64,000 nt of DNA. Source: Gammaproteobacteria bacterium. GTDB taxonomy: Bacteria > Pseudomonadota > Gammaproteobacteria > Eutrophobiales > Eutrophobiaceae. Within the stretch, counting starts at the first letter, position 1, and each line of letters starts with the position of its first letter. A program made the translations under genes and the position numbers. The stretch is from positions 1,984,001 through 2,048,000 of the forward strand of contig CBDEUK010000002.1 of assembly GCA_965243205.1 (NCBI GenBank). Reading direction: 5' to 3'. The notes beneath the pieces were generated by a model. That model saw only the letters and a list, made by a program, of their open reading frames with translations, did no database searches and was not told the DNA's origin. Positions 63,702 to 64,000 of this stretch are shown piece by piece.

Positions 63702-63980
63702 TTATTTGATGATAAAGGGTTGGGTCAGGCTTTGCTCGATTAAAGTTTCATCAAATTCTATACCTTCAACATTAGCCATGGGAGGGCCTTGGTGTAGCCA
63801 TTCGATAAATGAATCTATCTGATGTTGTTCTCCAGCAGCCATTACCTCGACTCTTCCATCGCTAAGATTTCTCACCCAACCACTCAGTGTAAGCTCAATC
63901 GCTTTATCACGTGTAGAAGCACGGAAATACACACCTTGCACGCGGCCTGTAATATAACAATGAATATTTTTGACTGACAT
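63702..63980 (-). CDS. acyP: Acylphosphatase
   Basis: GRVQGVYFR, GWVRNL.DGRVE, GP. Confidence 0.93.
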   Translation of the reverse strand: MSVKNIHCYITGRVQGVYFRASTRDKAIELTLSGWVRNLSDGRVEVMAAGEQHQIDSFIEWLHQGPPMANVEGIEFDETLIEQSLTQPFIIK

Positions 63981-64000
63981 AAAGACTGGATATATAAAGT

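Overview
AT-rich gammaproteobacterial chromosome segment, mostly core genes. Left to right: a tandem pair of small signal-peptide proteins with duplicated terminators (first copy cut by the window edge); an SprA-related gene; queA and tRNA-Leu(CAA); a PAS-GGDEF-EAL gene; a microaerobic respiration region (Cys-motif hypothetical-ompW-ccoNOQP-X-ccoGH, hemN, ccoIS, DsbD-like, fnr, three FNR boxes); an OprC-like TonB receptor divergent from regBA across a perfect RegA-type palindrome; pcnB-folK-dnk-panBCD; cysE-iscR-sufA-sufBCDSUT-Rieske; ndk-rlmN-pilW-rodZ-hisS-yfgM-bamB-der (no ispG); an AT-rich insertion with a small ORF and an SDH/Clp-fold serine protease; a truncated hemoglobin, rlmD, ydbH/ydbL, cysM, rimI, udg; leuA with a leader peptide; pssA/psd; ilvIHC; proS; acyP. 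No integrase, transposase, rRNA or CRISPR array was seen. The best leads for undescribed biology are the peptide plus SDH-protease cassette, the tandem small secreted proteins, a short Fur-boxed GGA-hairpin RNA, a GGA-rich structured element after der, and the RegBA/TonB receptor module. All family calls come from motif recognition by eye; no searches were run.
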